Part shown: positions 1 to 8,675 of the stretch, piece by piece
How the letters are laid out: each line of letters begins with the position of its first letter
How positions within the stretch are numbered: position 1 is the first letter of the stretch
Origin: Escherichia phage F2
Sequence record: NC_054913.1
Length of the DNA: 64,000 nucleotides
Reading direction: 5' to 3' (one strand)
The notes under the pieces: generated by a model
Databases searched by the model: none
Told to the model about the DNA's origin: nothing
Seen by the model: only the letters and a program-made list of their open reading frames with translations
Made by a program: the position numbers and the translations under genes

Positions 1-2
1 GT

Positions 3-470
3 ATTCGTCGTATGCTTCAAGAAGGTGAAGAATCATTACAAGAATATTTTAAAGAGTTTGAAAAAGAATTCCGTCAATTGAATTATATTAGCATCGCGTC
101 GGTATCTTCTGCGAATAACATTGCTAAATATGATGTAGGTGGATTCCCTGGTCCCAAATGTCCATTCCATATTCGTGGAATTCTGACGTATAACCGGGCT
201 ATCAAAGGTAATATCGATGCACCGCAAGTTGTAGAAGGTGAAAAAGTATATGTTCTGCCTTTACGTGAAGGAAACCCATTCGGTGATAAATGTATCGCAT
301 GGCCTTCTGGTACTGAAATCACAGATTTAATTAAAGACGACGTACTTCATTGGATGGACTACACTGTTCTCCTTGAGAAGACATTTATTAAACCACTTGA
401 AGGATTCACATCAGCAGCGAAACTCGATTATGAGAAGAAAGCATCTCTGTTCGATATGTTCGATTTTTGA
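3..470 (+). CDS. 43: DNA polymerase gp43, C-terminal fragment (5' end lies outside window)
   Basis: Translation ends ...KYDVGGFPGPKCPFHIRGILTYNRAIKG...KASLFDMFDF, matching the remembered T4 gp43 C-terminus including the clamp-binding tail; no upstream start within window. Confidence 0.85.
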   Translation: MRRMLQEGEESLQEYFKEFEKEFRQLNYISIASVSSANNIAKYDVGGFPGPKCPFHIRGILTYNRAIKGNIDAPQVVEGEKVYVLPLREGNPFGDKCIAWPSGTEITDLIKDDVLHWMDYTVLLEKTFIKPLEGFTSAAKLDYEKKASLFDMFDF

Positions 471-510
471 TATAATGTCATGGACGGTAAACTAATTAAA
501 TGAGAGAAAT

Positions 511-1146
511 ATGAAAACTACTCCTATTACTATCGCTATTGACGCAATCATAAAACAAGCTTCTTCTTTGGCCGCTATGGCCAAAGTAATTAGTCAAAAC
601 CCTGCTCGTTATAATGCTATTCTAGAAACTCTTCGACGCCCAGGACTTAGTAATTATGAAAGCCGAGTAATTATTACAGGTGTTGGTAAGAATGCTAATA
701 TTGCAACTAAAGCTTCTGAGACATTTGCTTCACTCGGTATCCCGAGTATGTACTTGAACACTGGACATTATTCTCACGGTGATGCAGGATTCATTGCGCC
801 TAATGATGTGTTGATTCATATTAGTCGTTCTGGTAAAACTGAAGAAATGATAGGCGTGGCTAAGCATCTTAAAATGATTCGTCCGAACGTCAAACAGATT
901 CTGTTGCATTGTAACCCGGACATTCCACAAGAATACGAAGCTCTTTTTGATTATACGTTCTGTACAGGCATCGCAGTAGAGGTTGATGAGAATTCTCTGG
1001 CTCCGACCATGTCCACTACATTGTTGTTAGCGCTTATCGATACGTTTGCTATCAACCTTTCGTCTGAACGTGGATTTACCTCTAATGACTTCCTTAAGTT
1101 CCACCCTGGCGGTGCACTAGGTGCCATGTTACGAGGCGAACAATGA
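511..1146 (+). CDS. SIS-domain sugar-phosphate isomerase, KdsD/GutQ-like (arabinose-5-phosphate isomerase type, no CBS domains)
   Basis: ITGVGKNANIATKASETFASLGIPSMYLNTGHYSHGDAGF...HISRSGKTEEM...LAPTMSTTLLLALIDTF...FHPGGALG aligns motif-for-motif with the KdsD SIS domain (GMGKSG..FASTGTPS..HGDLG..ISNSGES..LAPTSSTT..SHPGGALG). Confidence 0.8.
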   Translation: MKTTPITIAIDAIIKQASSLAAMAKVISQNPARYNAILETLRRPGLSNYESRVIITGVGKNANIATKASETFASLGIPSMYLNTGHYSHGDAGFIAPNDVLIHISRSGKTEEMIGVAKHLKMIRPNVKQILLHCNPDIPQEYEALFDYTFCTGIAVEVDENSLAPTMSTTLLLALIDTFAINLSSERGFTSNDFLKFHPGGALGAMLRGEQ

Positions 1147-1286
1147 AAGCAATAACAATAGGACTTTTACTATTGATGCTTGTCATGACTATCTACTGGA
1201 GCTTAACGGCTCCAGTAATGATTCCGACTCTTATAATCGGATGGATTATGATTGGACTACAAGCAAAGTATGAATGCTTTAACTAG
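1143..1286 (+). CDS. small hydrophobic membrane peptide (47 aa), below ORF-track cutoff
   Basis: ATG overlaps stop of upstream gene (ATGA); translation MKAITIGLLLLMLVMTIYWSLTAPVMIPTLIIGWIMIGLQAKYECFN predicts two TM helices; T4 has small membrane proteins (imm) near gene 43. Confidence 0.3.
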   Translation: MKAITIGLLLLMLVMTIYWSLTAPVMIPTLIIGWIMIGLQAKYECFN

Positions 1287-1327
1287 AATAGTGTACAATA
1301 CTCCTACTTACCAATGAGGACCACAAC

Positions 1328-3013
1328 ATGAAAAAAGCTGTTATTCTTGGTGCTGGACTGGCAACTCGTTTGTATCCAATAACGCATCATATTCCTAAGG
1401 TGCTTGTTAACTATAAACAAGACACTATTCTGAGCAATTTGTATACAATTTATTCTGACCTTGGCGCAGATGAAATTATTGTAGTAGTTCATTCAAAATT
1501 TGCTGAAACTGTTCGAGCTTATTGTGAGCAAGAAGGGTTCAATGTGACTATTCGTACAGTTGATGAAGCGTATGGTTCTGCTTATGCTCTTGCTAAATTG
1601 CACAAAGATTTAGACGGCCATAATGTAATTGTTAACTGGTGTGATATTATTCCTGATTTTGGTTCATGGTCTTGGAATGTTAACGCAATCTATGTTAAGG
1701 GTGACGAATGTCGATATAATTTCGACGGTGAAAATATCACTAATGTAGGTTCAACAGGTGGTAATGTTGTAGGAATTTATCAGTTCAAAGACTGGGAATT
1801 CTATATGGGTTCTACTGATGAGGAAATTCATGAATACTGCAAAGGACGTGATTTCGTAGAATTCCTTTACGGCAGCGCATTCAATAAATCAGAGCTTATG
1901 AATCTAATTGATTTAGGTGATATGCCTAAACTTGAAAAAGCTCATGAAGTTCGTGAACTTAATCGTAGTTTTAATGCAGTTGAAATTGGTGAAGAAACTG
2001 TAACTAAATTCGCATTAACCGAACAGGGCCGAGCTCTTCAGAAAGATGAGATTTCATGGTATCTTAAAGTGAAATCAGATTCAGTTCCTCAGTTAGTTTC
2101 TGTTAATGAAAATAACTTTGAAATGGAACGCATTAAAGGTAAGCCGGCATTTGAATATATTAAATCCAAATCAAGTCTTGCTCGTCCACAAATTGTTGAT
2201 GCAATTTTAGATGCACTGAAATTCAGCACAGACACTTATTTTGTAAGTCCTGAAACTGTTCGTCGTGATTTCACTAAAGAATTCTATACTAAAGTTATTG
2301 ATCGTTGTGAAAGTATTCAACCATTGATTGATTCATTTGGTAAAATCACACATGTGAACTACACTAAGATCGGACGTCTGAAGCCAATGTTGAAACAAGC
2401 TTTAGAACACCTTATTCGTTATCATAACCGTTCTCAGGGACAGTACTCTGTTATTCATGGTGACCCGAACTTCAGTAATACTATGATTACTGATAACGGC
2501 GAAGTCAAGTTTATCGACCCTCGTGGATATTTTGGTGAAACCAAGATTTACGGGCCAAAATTGTATGATGAAGCTAAAGTGCTTTACGCTGTTTCAGGTT
2601 ATGATGAATTCAACGCTAATCCGACTTGGGGACAGTTTACTATTGATGAAACAACTTGTAATGTGACTATTAACATCAATCCATTAGTTTACAAATATGG
2701 AAAGATGAGTTCGTTTAACGAGTATCATCATTTGGCAGTGGCAATTATCTGGATTGCATTAGGTGGTTATTTCAAGAATAATCCACTTAAAGCGGTAGCC
2801 GCATATTATAAAGGTATGGAACTTCTGACTAAGCAATTACGTAATATGGGCCGTGTACTTCAAGACGGCTCTATTAGTTATGACGTAGCAGAACCTGTAA
2901 CGGCTACTCTGATTACAAAAAATCCTGGTAAATGGGTACTAACTGATAAAGAAACTGGTGTTTCCTATCGTCCAATCGGTGGCGATATCACTCATCAATG
3001 GGAACGAATCTAA
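1328..3013 (+). CDS. bifunctional sugar-1-phosphate nucleotidyltransferase (N-term) / APH-type sugar kinase (C-term)
   Basis: N-terminus ILGAGLATRL is the GxGTRL signature of RmlA/GlmU-type NDP-sugar pyrophosphorylases; C-terminal region has Brenner motif VIHGDPNFSN and IDPRG typical of aminoglycoside/choline-kinase fold. Confidence 0.7.
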   Translation: MKKAVILGAGLATRLYPITHHIPKVLVNYKQDTILSNLYTIYSDLGADEIIVVVHSKFAETVRAYCEQEGFNVTIRTVDEAYGSAYALAKLHKDLDGHNVIVNWCDIIPDFGSWSWNVNAIYVKGDECRYNFDGENITNVGSTGGNVVGIYQFKDWEFYMGSTDEEIHEYCKGRDFVEFLYGSAFNKSELMNLIDLGDMPKLEKAHEVRELNRSFNAVEIGEETVTKFALTEQGRALQKDEISWYLKVKSDSVPQLVSVNENNFEMERIKGKPAFEYIKSKSSLARPQIVDAILDALKFSTDTYFVSPETVRRDFTKEFYTKVIDRCESIQPLIDSFGKITHVNYTKIGRLKPMLKQALEHLIRYHNRSQGQYSVIHGDPNFSNTMITDNGEVKFIDPRGYFGETKIYGPKLYDEAKVLYAVSGYDEFNANPTWGQFTIDETTCNVTININPLVYKYGKMSSFNEYHHLAVAIIWIALGGYFKNNPLKAVAAYYKGMELLTKQLRNMGRVLQDGSISYDVAEPVTATLITKNPGKWVLTDKETGVSYRPIGGDITHQWERI

Positions 3014-3399
3014 TGCACCGTGTAGAAAACATGCTTAATCTTTGTTTTGATGTCGACGATTGTATAACAGAGTGGAATAACAATCGTGATTACGTGAACT
3101 TCAAGCCAGACGTCGAAATGGTGACTGCCATTAATGCCCTGTATGATGCAGGGCATACCATAACGCTTTACACTGCTCGCGGTATGAAGTCAGTCGGTCC
3201 TGGTCGTATAGCAATTGACATTCTCCCAAGTCTGATTCAGAACTTGGCAAACATTGGATTGAAGTACCATAATTTGCTAACACATAAACCAGTATATGAT
3301 TGGATTATCGACGACAAAGCTATGCGTCCTGACGAATTCAAAGCTCTTATGAATAAAGGCGAATTCGAAACATTTAAATCATATAAACCGAATCTATAA
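3013..3399 (+). CDS. HAD-superfamily phosphatase (small, GmhB/KdsC-like)
   Basis: HAD motif I LCFDVDDCIT, motif II LYTAR, motif IV WIIDDK; start chosen at ATG overlapping upstream stop (TAATG). Confidence 0.6.
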   Translation: MHRVENMLNLCFDVDDCITEWNNNRDYVNFKPDVEMVTAINALYDAGHTITLYTARGMKSVGPGRIAIDILPSLIQNLANIGLKYHNLLTHKPVYDWIIDDKAMRPDEFKALMNKGEFETFKSYKPNL

Positions 3400-3446
3400 T
3401 AATTTAAGTAAGACCTGCAAAAACCATCGCATCAATTAACGGCGAG

Positions 3447-4616
3447 ATGCAAAAAATGAATACCTTTAAAATCGGAACGAATTTTGATTTAGCTCTTCTT
3501 GATAAAATCGTAGAGCTCAATAAAACTTATCCTAATAGCTTGATAAACGAAGTATACGGCTCTACAAGAGAAATGGCTTTTGTAGCAGCCAGACCTGATT
3601 TTAGGCTTCCTGACGTTGACAAAAAGATGTTAGAAGATTACGTTAAACGTTGTAACGAATTAGGTATTTGCTTTAACTATACACTCAACACGATAAATCC
3701 TGGTTCAAAAAGAGAACTAGTTGAGTGGAAGAAGAAAGCTATTCAGGACTATGTTCAGTATCTTTGGTCAATAGGCGTATGGCGTATTACTATCGCTAAC
3801 CCTGTTGTTATGGAAATTGTTCGTGAAGTCAATAAAGACATTGAGATTGAAGTTTCAACAATTCTACATGTCGATGCTGTAACTCAAATCAAATACTTGC
3901 ATGACCAATATAATATCAAAAAGGTCTGCTGTGGAATTCATAAGAACCGTTCAGTTTCTTTCCTGAAGCGTGCAGCAGAGTTTTGTAATAAGAACAATAT
4001 AATATTTGAAGTTCTTGTAAATGAGTTCTGTTCTAATGCTGGTAAAGGGTATACAACACATTGTAGCTATCGTGACTCTTGCTATATTTTCCATAGCACC
4101 GATGTTACAGTAGATGATGCCAAATCCTTAAATGGATATCCAATGCAGCACTGTATTAAAGCTCGTGATACAGACCCATTTAACTGGTTGAGAACTCGTT
4201 TTGTTCGTCCTCAAGATTTGAAACTTTATAATGATATTGGTATCACTCAATTCAAAGTTTCAGGACGTACAGGTAGCACCGACTACATTTTGAAAGTTCT
4301 TGAAGCTTACGCTTCTGAAAAGTTTGAAGGTAATTTGTTGGAATTGTGGAAGCCTTTAGAGACCATTTTCACTCTTGAAAATGAGACTGAGTTTTCACAT
4401 ACGGTAAATATTGAAACCTCTTTGTTAGATGGCTTTTTAGAAAAAAGGTGGTTCAAACATCCAGATTTCGATTGTGCTAATGAAATCTGCGGGACGACGT
4501 GTACATATTGTGAAAGATATTATAAACGTCAGTTATCTAAAAATGGGTTATCAGAAAACTCTATATCTATTATTGATATAACTAACTCTGATGACGCTTT
4601 GAGGTACCCAGAATGA
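3447..4616 (+). CDS. Cys-rich protein of unknown function (possible metal/Fe-S enzyme) in sugar module
   Basis: 389 aa ORF, consistent coding frame; cysteine clusters EFCSNAGKGYTTHCSYRDSCY and C-terminal CANEICGTTCTYC; weak resemblance to U32-type TIM-barrel enzymes, not confirmable by eye. Confidence 0.55.
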   Translation: MQKMNTFKIGTNFDLALLDKIVELNKTYPNSLINEVYGSTREMAFVAARPDFRLPDVDKKMLEDYVKRCNELGICFNYTLNTINPGSKRELVEWKKKAIQDYVQYLWSIGVWRITIANPVVMEIVREVNKDIEIEVSTILHVDAVTQIKYLHDQYNIKKVCCGIHKNRSVSFLKRAAEFCNKNNIIFEVLVNEFCSNAGKGYTTHCSYRDSCYIFHSTDVTVDDAKSLNGYPMQHCIKARDTDPFNWLRTRFVRPQDLKLYNDIGITQFKVSGRTGSTDYILKVLEAYASEKFEGNLLELWKPLETIFTLENETEFSHTVNIETSLLDGFLEKRWFKHPDFDCANEICGTTCTYCERYYKRQLSKNGLSENSISIIDITNSDDALRYPE

Positions 4617-4894
4617 TTTCTAGAAAAACTTTTAACCACCAACTTAACGAAGAGATTTTGACTATTAAAATTAACAGCAACGAACAAATTCTTAAAAAGG
4701 CCCTTATGGGCCTGTTTGAAACTAAAGCGGCTAAAGTGATTAAAGAACCTGTTCAATTGTAATACTACGCTGATGCATTTCTTCATAGTGTTCTTGGAAG
4801 TATCGATGCTGAAGCTTTACGTTATATCAACATCGCTAAGAAATTCAAATAAGCTTTATGAATTGAGTATATAATAAATTGTATTGAGGTAAAC

Positions 4895-5611
4895 ATGGGA
4901 AAACATAACACAATGAAATATATTAAAGCCGCAGATTTTCAATCCGCATTTAAAGCTGTCAATCGTGAAATTTTAGAAAACCCGGAATTCGTTACTGATT
5001 CTCGTATTGGACGTTGTAATGAAATTGGGTCTATGACAGTAGTTGTTGATACCCCTTCATCATTCAAAATGACAGACCCACGTATTAATCGCATCTCTTA
5101 TGAATATGCTGAAGATTTCTGGAAATTTATGATTTCTGGTGGTACTGATGCAGAAGAAGCATTTAAGGCATATCCTAACGTTGCTAAATTTATTTCTAAA
5201 CCTAAATCAGATGCTTTGCCTGCAAACTTCAACACTTTCTACGGTCCACGAATTGCGGCCCAGTTACCAACTCTTCTAAAAGAACTTAAAGAAAAACCTA
5301 ACTCTCGAAGAGTTGTGTTCCAAATTCTAGAAAGTTCTGATCAGGCTTTGCTTGATTCAGACGAAACACTTGAATATCCATGTACTGACTCAGTGACTTA
5401 TTATATTCGTGATGGTAAGCTTTATACCCACTGTCATATGCGTTCTCAGAACTGTGCTGTTGTTATGCAGTTGGATTTTTATCTCCAAGGAAAATTACTT
5501 CATTATATCGCTAACGAATGTGGTGTAGAAGTTGGTGATTATACTCATACCATGGTAAGTGCCCATGTGTTTGAACGTGATTTTGATTATGTTAAAGGAT
5601 TCCTTGTCTAA
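4895..5611 (+). CDS. 42: dCMP hydroxymethylase (thymidylate-synthase superfamily)
   Basis: NSRRVVFQI...YPCTDSVTYYIRDGKLYTHCHMRSQNCAVVMQLDF parallels TS catalytic region (DSRRII...PCHxxxQFYVxDGKL...RSxD) but is distinct from td at 53514; syntenic with T4 gene 42; SD GAGGT upstream. Confidence 0.75.
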   Translation: MGKHNTMKYIKAADFQSAFKAVNREILENPEFVTDSRIGRCNEIGSMTVVVDTPSSFKMTDPRINRISYEYAEDFWKFMISGGTDAEEAFKAYPNVAKFISKPKSDALPANFNTFYGPRIAAQLPTLLKELKEKPNSRRVVFQILESSDQALLDSDETLEYPCTDSVTYYIRDGKLYTHCHMRSQNCAVVMQLDFYLQGKLLHYIANECGVEVGDYTHTMVSAHVFERDFDYVKGFLV

Positions 5612-6510
5612 TGGCTATTTTCCGCGTACCTATCTTGAGTATGCGGTCTTATGAAACTGGACAGTATGCTATCCTTAAGGATGGCAACTTCCAACTTCAT
5701 TTGCACCGTGCTAATCCGGGTGATGTGATTACATATCCACGTAATGCATCTGATATTAAAGAATGCGAACGTCTTTTCCCAGAATTTAAGTTTGTTCCAT
5801 TATGGTATAAAGATAACGCATATAACACTCGTAAATATTTCTGGTCTGAAAATGAATTTGTGGTTGATTCATTAATTGATTATTATGATTGTGATTTTCT
5901 AATCACAGATATCACTGGATATGACGGCAATTTTGACGTAGAATTCAATTTCAATATCACTGCAGACCCTAATAAACCACGTTTTTATATTGACGAATTC
6001 TTAAAAACCGACATGTTGTCTGTTAATCGTTCACTTCAAACTACTGTGTTGAATGAACGTCAAAAAGAAGTGCTGGTTAACGCAGGTGCAGATGGTAATA
6101 AGATTATCGTAACGCAGAAAGTTATACGTCCTTCCATCATGCAGCGTCTTGTAGGTGATTTGGCTCCTATTCATCTAGATGGTATTTTTCATCCATTTCG
6201 AATTAGTGACCCGTGCTATCGTTTTGAACAAGTGGTTGAATGTGCAATTCAATTAGGTCAACCGCTTTATATAACCGATCCAAATAATAGCTTCGACAGA
6301 AATAAGTATCCTGAAGAAGCGCTGATTCGAATTTTTAAACCAACTAAAACTGAGTACTATCAAATTCTTAAAGGACGTCCGAAGATTCAATACTTCGAAA
6401 ATCCTGAAGAAGTATTCCATCCAGGTCTTGGCGAGTTCATCTACTTTAATGCTTTAATTTCTTCGCCGTATAATATACCTAAATATGAAGATGTCGTAAT
6501 CGAGGAATAA
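5611..6510 (+). CDS. hypothetical protein occupying the T4 beta-glucosyltransferase position
   Basis: 299 aa ORF, start overlaps stop of gene 42 (TAATG); no motif I recognise; not similar to remembered T4 beta-gt. Confidence 0.5.
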   Translation: MAIFRVPILSMRSYETGQYAILKDGNFQLHLHRANPGDVITYPRNASDIKECERLFPEFKFVPLWYKDNAYNTRKYFWSENEFVVDSLIDYYDCDFLITDITGYDGNFDVEFNFNITADPNKPRFYIDEFLKTDMLSVNRSLQTTVLNERQKEVLVNAGADGNKIIVTQKVIRPSIMQRLVGDLAPIHLDGIFHPFRISDPCYRFEQVVECAIQLGQPLYITDPNNSFDRNKYPEEALIRIFKPTKTEYYQILKGRPKIQYFENPEEVFHPGLGEFIYFNALISSPYNIPKYEDVVIEE

Positions 6511-6511
6511 A

Positions 6512-7060
6512 ATGGCTAAAATTATTTTAGTAGATGGCCCGGATAATGCTGGTAAAACAACTTTCATTAATGACATAATGGAAATTAGTGAAAGATATGT
6601 AAAGATTGATTTCCCTAAACGAACAGTTGATGGACGTTTCGATGTTAAGTCTCGAAATGAAGTTGGCTGTTTCGAAACGATGTTGAATTATTTAGACCCT
6701 ACTAAGATTTATCTGTTAGACCGTGGATATATTAGTAACTGGGTTTATGGACGTATTCGACAAGATGCGGACTCGGTTCTTGACGTTTATGAACAGGATT
6801 ATGTTCGTCTTTGCCAAAACCATGATGTGTTCACAATTATTTTAACACGTAACGAAATGACTGAAAGTTTTGAAGACGACCTTATTACTTTGTCTTCATT
6901 CAGGTTTAATACAGTCATTTCGTATTTTGAAGAGTTTGCAATTCATAACGAAATCCAAACGTATCAATTACTTAATCATGATGGTGCTAACAAAGTTATA
7001 GGATTTAATGCAAGCGAACGTAATAATTTGATTACAGAAATTATCAAATGGGCTCGTTAA
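6512..7060 (+). CDS. P-loop nucleoside/nucleotide kinase-like protein (thymidylate-kinase fold)
   Basis: Walker A ILVDGPDNAGKTT at N-terminus, DRGY lid-like segment; resembles dTMP kinase/dNK family layout. Confidence 0.55.
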   Translation: MAKIILVDGPDNAGKTTFINDIMEISERYVKIDFPKRTVDGRFDVKSRNEVGCFETMLNYLDPTKIYLLDRGYISNWVYGRIRQDADSVLDVYEQDYVRLCQNHDVFTIILTRNEMTESFEDDLITLSSFRFNTVISYFEEFAIHNEIQTYQLLNHDGANKVIGFNASERNNLITEIIKWAR

Positions 7061-7078
7061 GAGCCTGTTTAAAGTTTT

Positions 7079-7106
7079 AAATGCTGTATAACCCTTAGTA
7101 TATAAT
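7079..7106 (+). promoter_or_regulatory. candidate MotA-dependent middle promoter upstream of uvsX (MotA box AAATGCTGTA + TATAAT)
   Basis: aaatgctgta 12 nt upstream of tataat, about 55 nt before uvsX start; matches T4 middle promoter architecture. Confidence 0.4.
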
Positions 7107-7159
7107 CGTCTTATCTTTTAAACATGAGTAAAATATAATGATGCCTATGGAAAAATACA

Positions 7160-8332
7160 ATGTCTGATTTAAAATCTCGTCTGATTAAAGCTTCTACTTC
7201 TAAAATGACTGCAGACTTGACTAAGTCTAAGCTGTTTAATAATCGTGATGAAGTCCCTACTCGTATTCCGATGTTGAATATTGCATTAGGTGGTGCACTG
7301 AATGCTGGGTTGCAATCAGGCTTAACTATTTTTGCTGCTCCTTCTAAACACTTTAAAACGTTGTTTGGACTGACCATGGTTGCAGCATATATGAAGAAAT
7401 ATAAAGATGCAATTTGTTTGTTCTATGATTCGGAATTTGGTGCTTCAGAATCTTATTTTCGTTCAATGGGTGTTGATTTAGACCGTGTAGTTCATACTCC
7501 GATTCAATCTGTCGAACAACTTAAAGTTGATATGACTAATCAGCTTGACGCGATTGAACGCGGTGATAAAGTTATTATCTTTATCGATTCAATCGGTAAT
7601 ACTGCATCTAAGAAAGAAACTGAAGATGCATTGAACGAGAAAGTTGTAGGTGATATGTCTCGTGCTAAGGCACTTAAATCTCTGTTCCGCATTGTGACTC
7701 CTTATCTGACTATTAAAGATATTCCATGTGTTGCAATCAACCATACAGCAATGGAAATCGGTGGATTGTATCCTAAAGAGATTATGGGTGGTGGTACAGG
7801 TATTCTTTACTCTGCTAACACTGTATTCTTTATCTCTAAACGTCAGGTTAAAGAAGGTACAGAATTGACCGGTTATGACTTCACGTTGAAAGCAGAAAAA
7901 TCTCGCACCGTTAAAGAAAAATCTACTTTCCCAATCACGGTTAATTTCGATGGTGGTATTGACCCATTCAGTGGCTTGTTAGAAATGGCAACTGAAATCG
8001 GTTTTGTAGTTAAGCCTAAAGCCGGGTGGTATGCTCGAGAATTCCTTGACGAAGAAACAGGCGAAATGATTCGTGAAGAGAAATCATGGCGTGCTAAAGC
8101 TACTGATTGTGTAGAATTCTGGGGACCGTTGTTTAAACACAAACCTTTCCGAGATGCAATTGAAACTAAATATAAACTAGGTGCTATCTCTTCTATTAAA
8201 GAAGTTGATGATGCTGTTAACGACCTTATTAATTGCAAAGCAACAACTAAAGTTCCGGTTAAAACTTCTGATGCTCCTTCTGCAGCAGATATAGAAAACG
8301 ACCTTGACGAAATGGAAGATTTCGATGAATAA
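7160..8332 (+). CDS. uvsX: UvsX recombinase (RecA-like)
   Basis: 390 aa; sequence MSDLKSRLIKAS...IPMLNIALGG...DSEFGAS... matches T4 UvsX throughout. Confidence 0.95.
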   Translation: MSDLKSRLIKASTSKMTADLTKSKLFNNRDEVPTRIPMLNIALGGALNAGLQSGLTIFAAPSKHFKTLFGLTMVAAYMKKYKDAICLFYDSEFGASESYFRSMGVDLDRVVHTPIQSVEQLKVDMTNQLDAIERGDKVIIFIDSIGNTASKKETEDALNEKVVGDMSRAKALKSLFRIVTPYLTIKDIPCVAINHTAMEIGGLYPKEIMGGGTGILYSANTVFFISKRQVKEGTELTGYDFTLKAEKSRTVKEKSTFPITVNFDGGIDPFSGLLEMATEIGFVVKPKAGWYAREFLDEETGEMIREEKSWRAKATDCVEFWGPLFKHKPFRDAIETKYKLGAISSIKEVDDAVNDLINCKATTKVPVKTSDAPSAADIENDLDEMEDFDE

Positions 8333-8666
8333 TCTCGATGATTTAAATCTAGAAATCGTTGATGAATCCCCTTCTTCGGAAGGGGAAGACATTCGCAAAG
8401 AACGAGTGTTTAATGAATCTCTTAAAATTATCCGTTCAGCAATGGAAAATGTCATTCAAGAGATTCTGATTACACTTGAAGATGGTTCTCATCATATAGT
8501 CTATATTACAAAACTAGACTGGGTTGATGGTAAAATCGTAATGGACTTTGCAGTTCTTGACCAAGACAGAAAAGCAGAACTTGCACCACATGTTGAAAAA
8601 TGTGTTACAATGCAAGTACAACAAGCTTTTAATGAACGGACCAAGAAAAAATTTAAATTCTTTTAA
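8325..8666 (+). CDS. 40: gp40 head vertex assembly chaperone (by position/size)
   Basis: Small ORF between uvsX and 41 as in T4; start ATG overlaps uvsX stop. Confidence 0.55.
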   Translation: MNNLDDLNLEIVDESPSSEGEDIRKERVFNESLKIIRSAMENVIQEILITLEDGSHHIVYITKLDWVDGKIVMDFAVLDQDRKAELAPHVEKCVTMQVQQAFNERTKKKFKFF

Positions 8667-8675
8667 GGAGTTATC

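Noticed and set aside
36-322. Minus-strand ORFs (36-227, 83-322) overlapping the gene 43 C-terminus
   Set aside because: Antisense to a strongly supported coding region; no RBS and no recognisable protein features.
470-511. Extended -10 (TGATATAAT) promoter upstream of the SIS isomerase gene
   Set aside because: No matching -35 or MotA box at the right spacing; too weak to call from sequence alone.
3447-4616. Calling the Cys-rich protein a U32-family enzyme
   Set aside because: Only a loose resemblance to the U32 signature; not enough for a family call without a profile search.
7873-8455. Minus-strand ORFs inside uvsX/gene 40
   Set aside because: Overlap well-supported + strand genes; typical spurious antisense ORFs.
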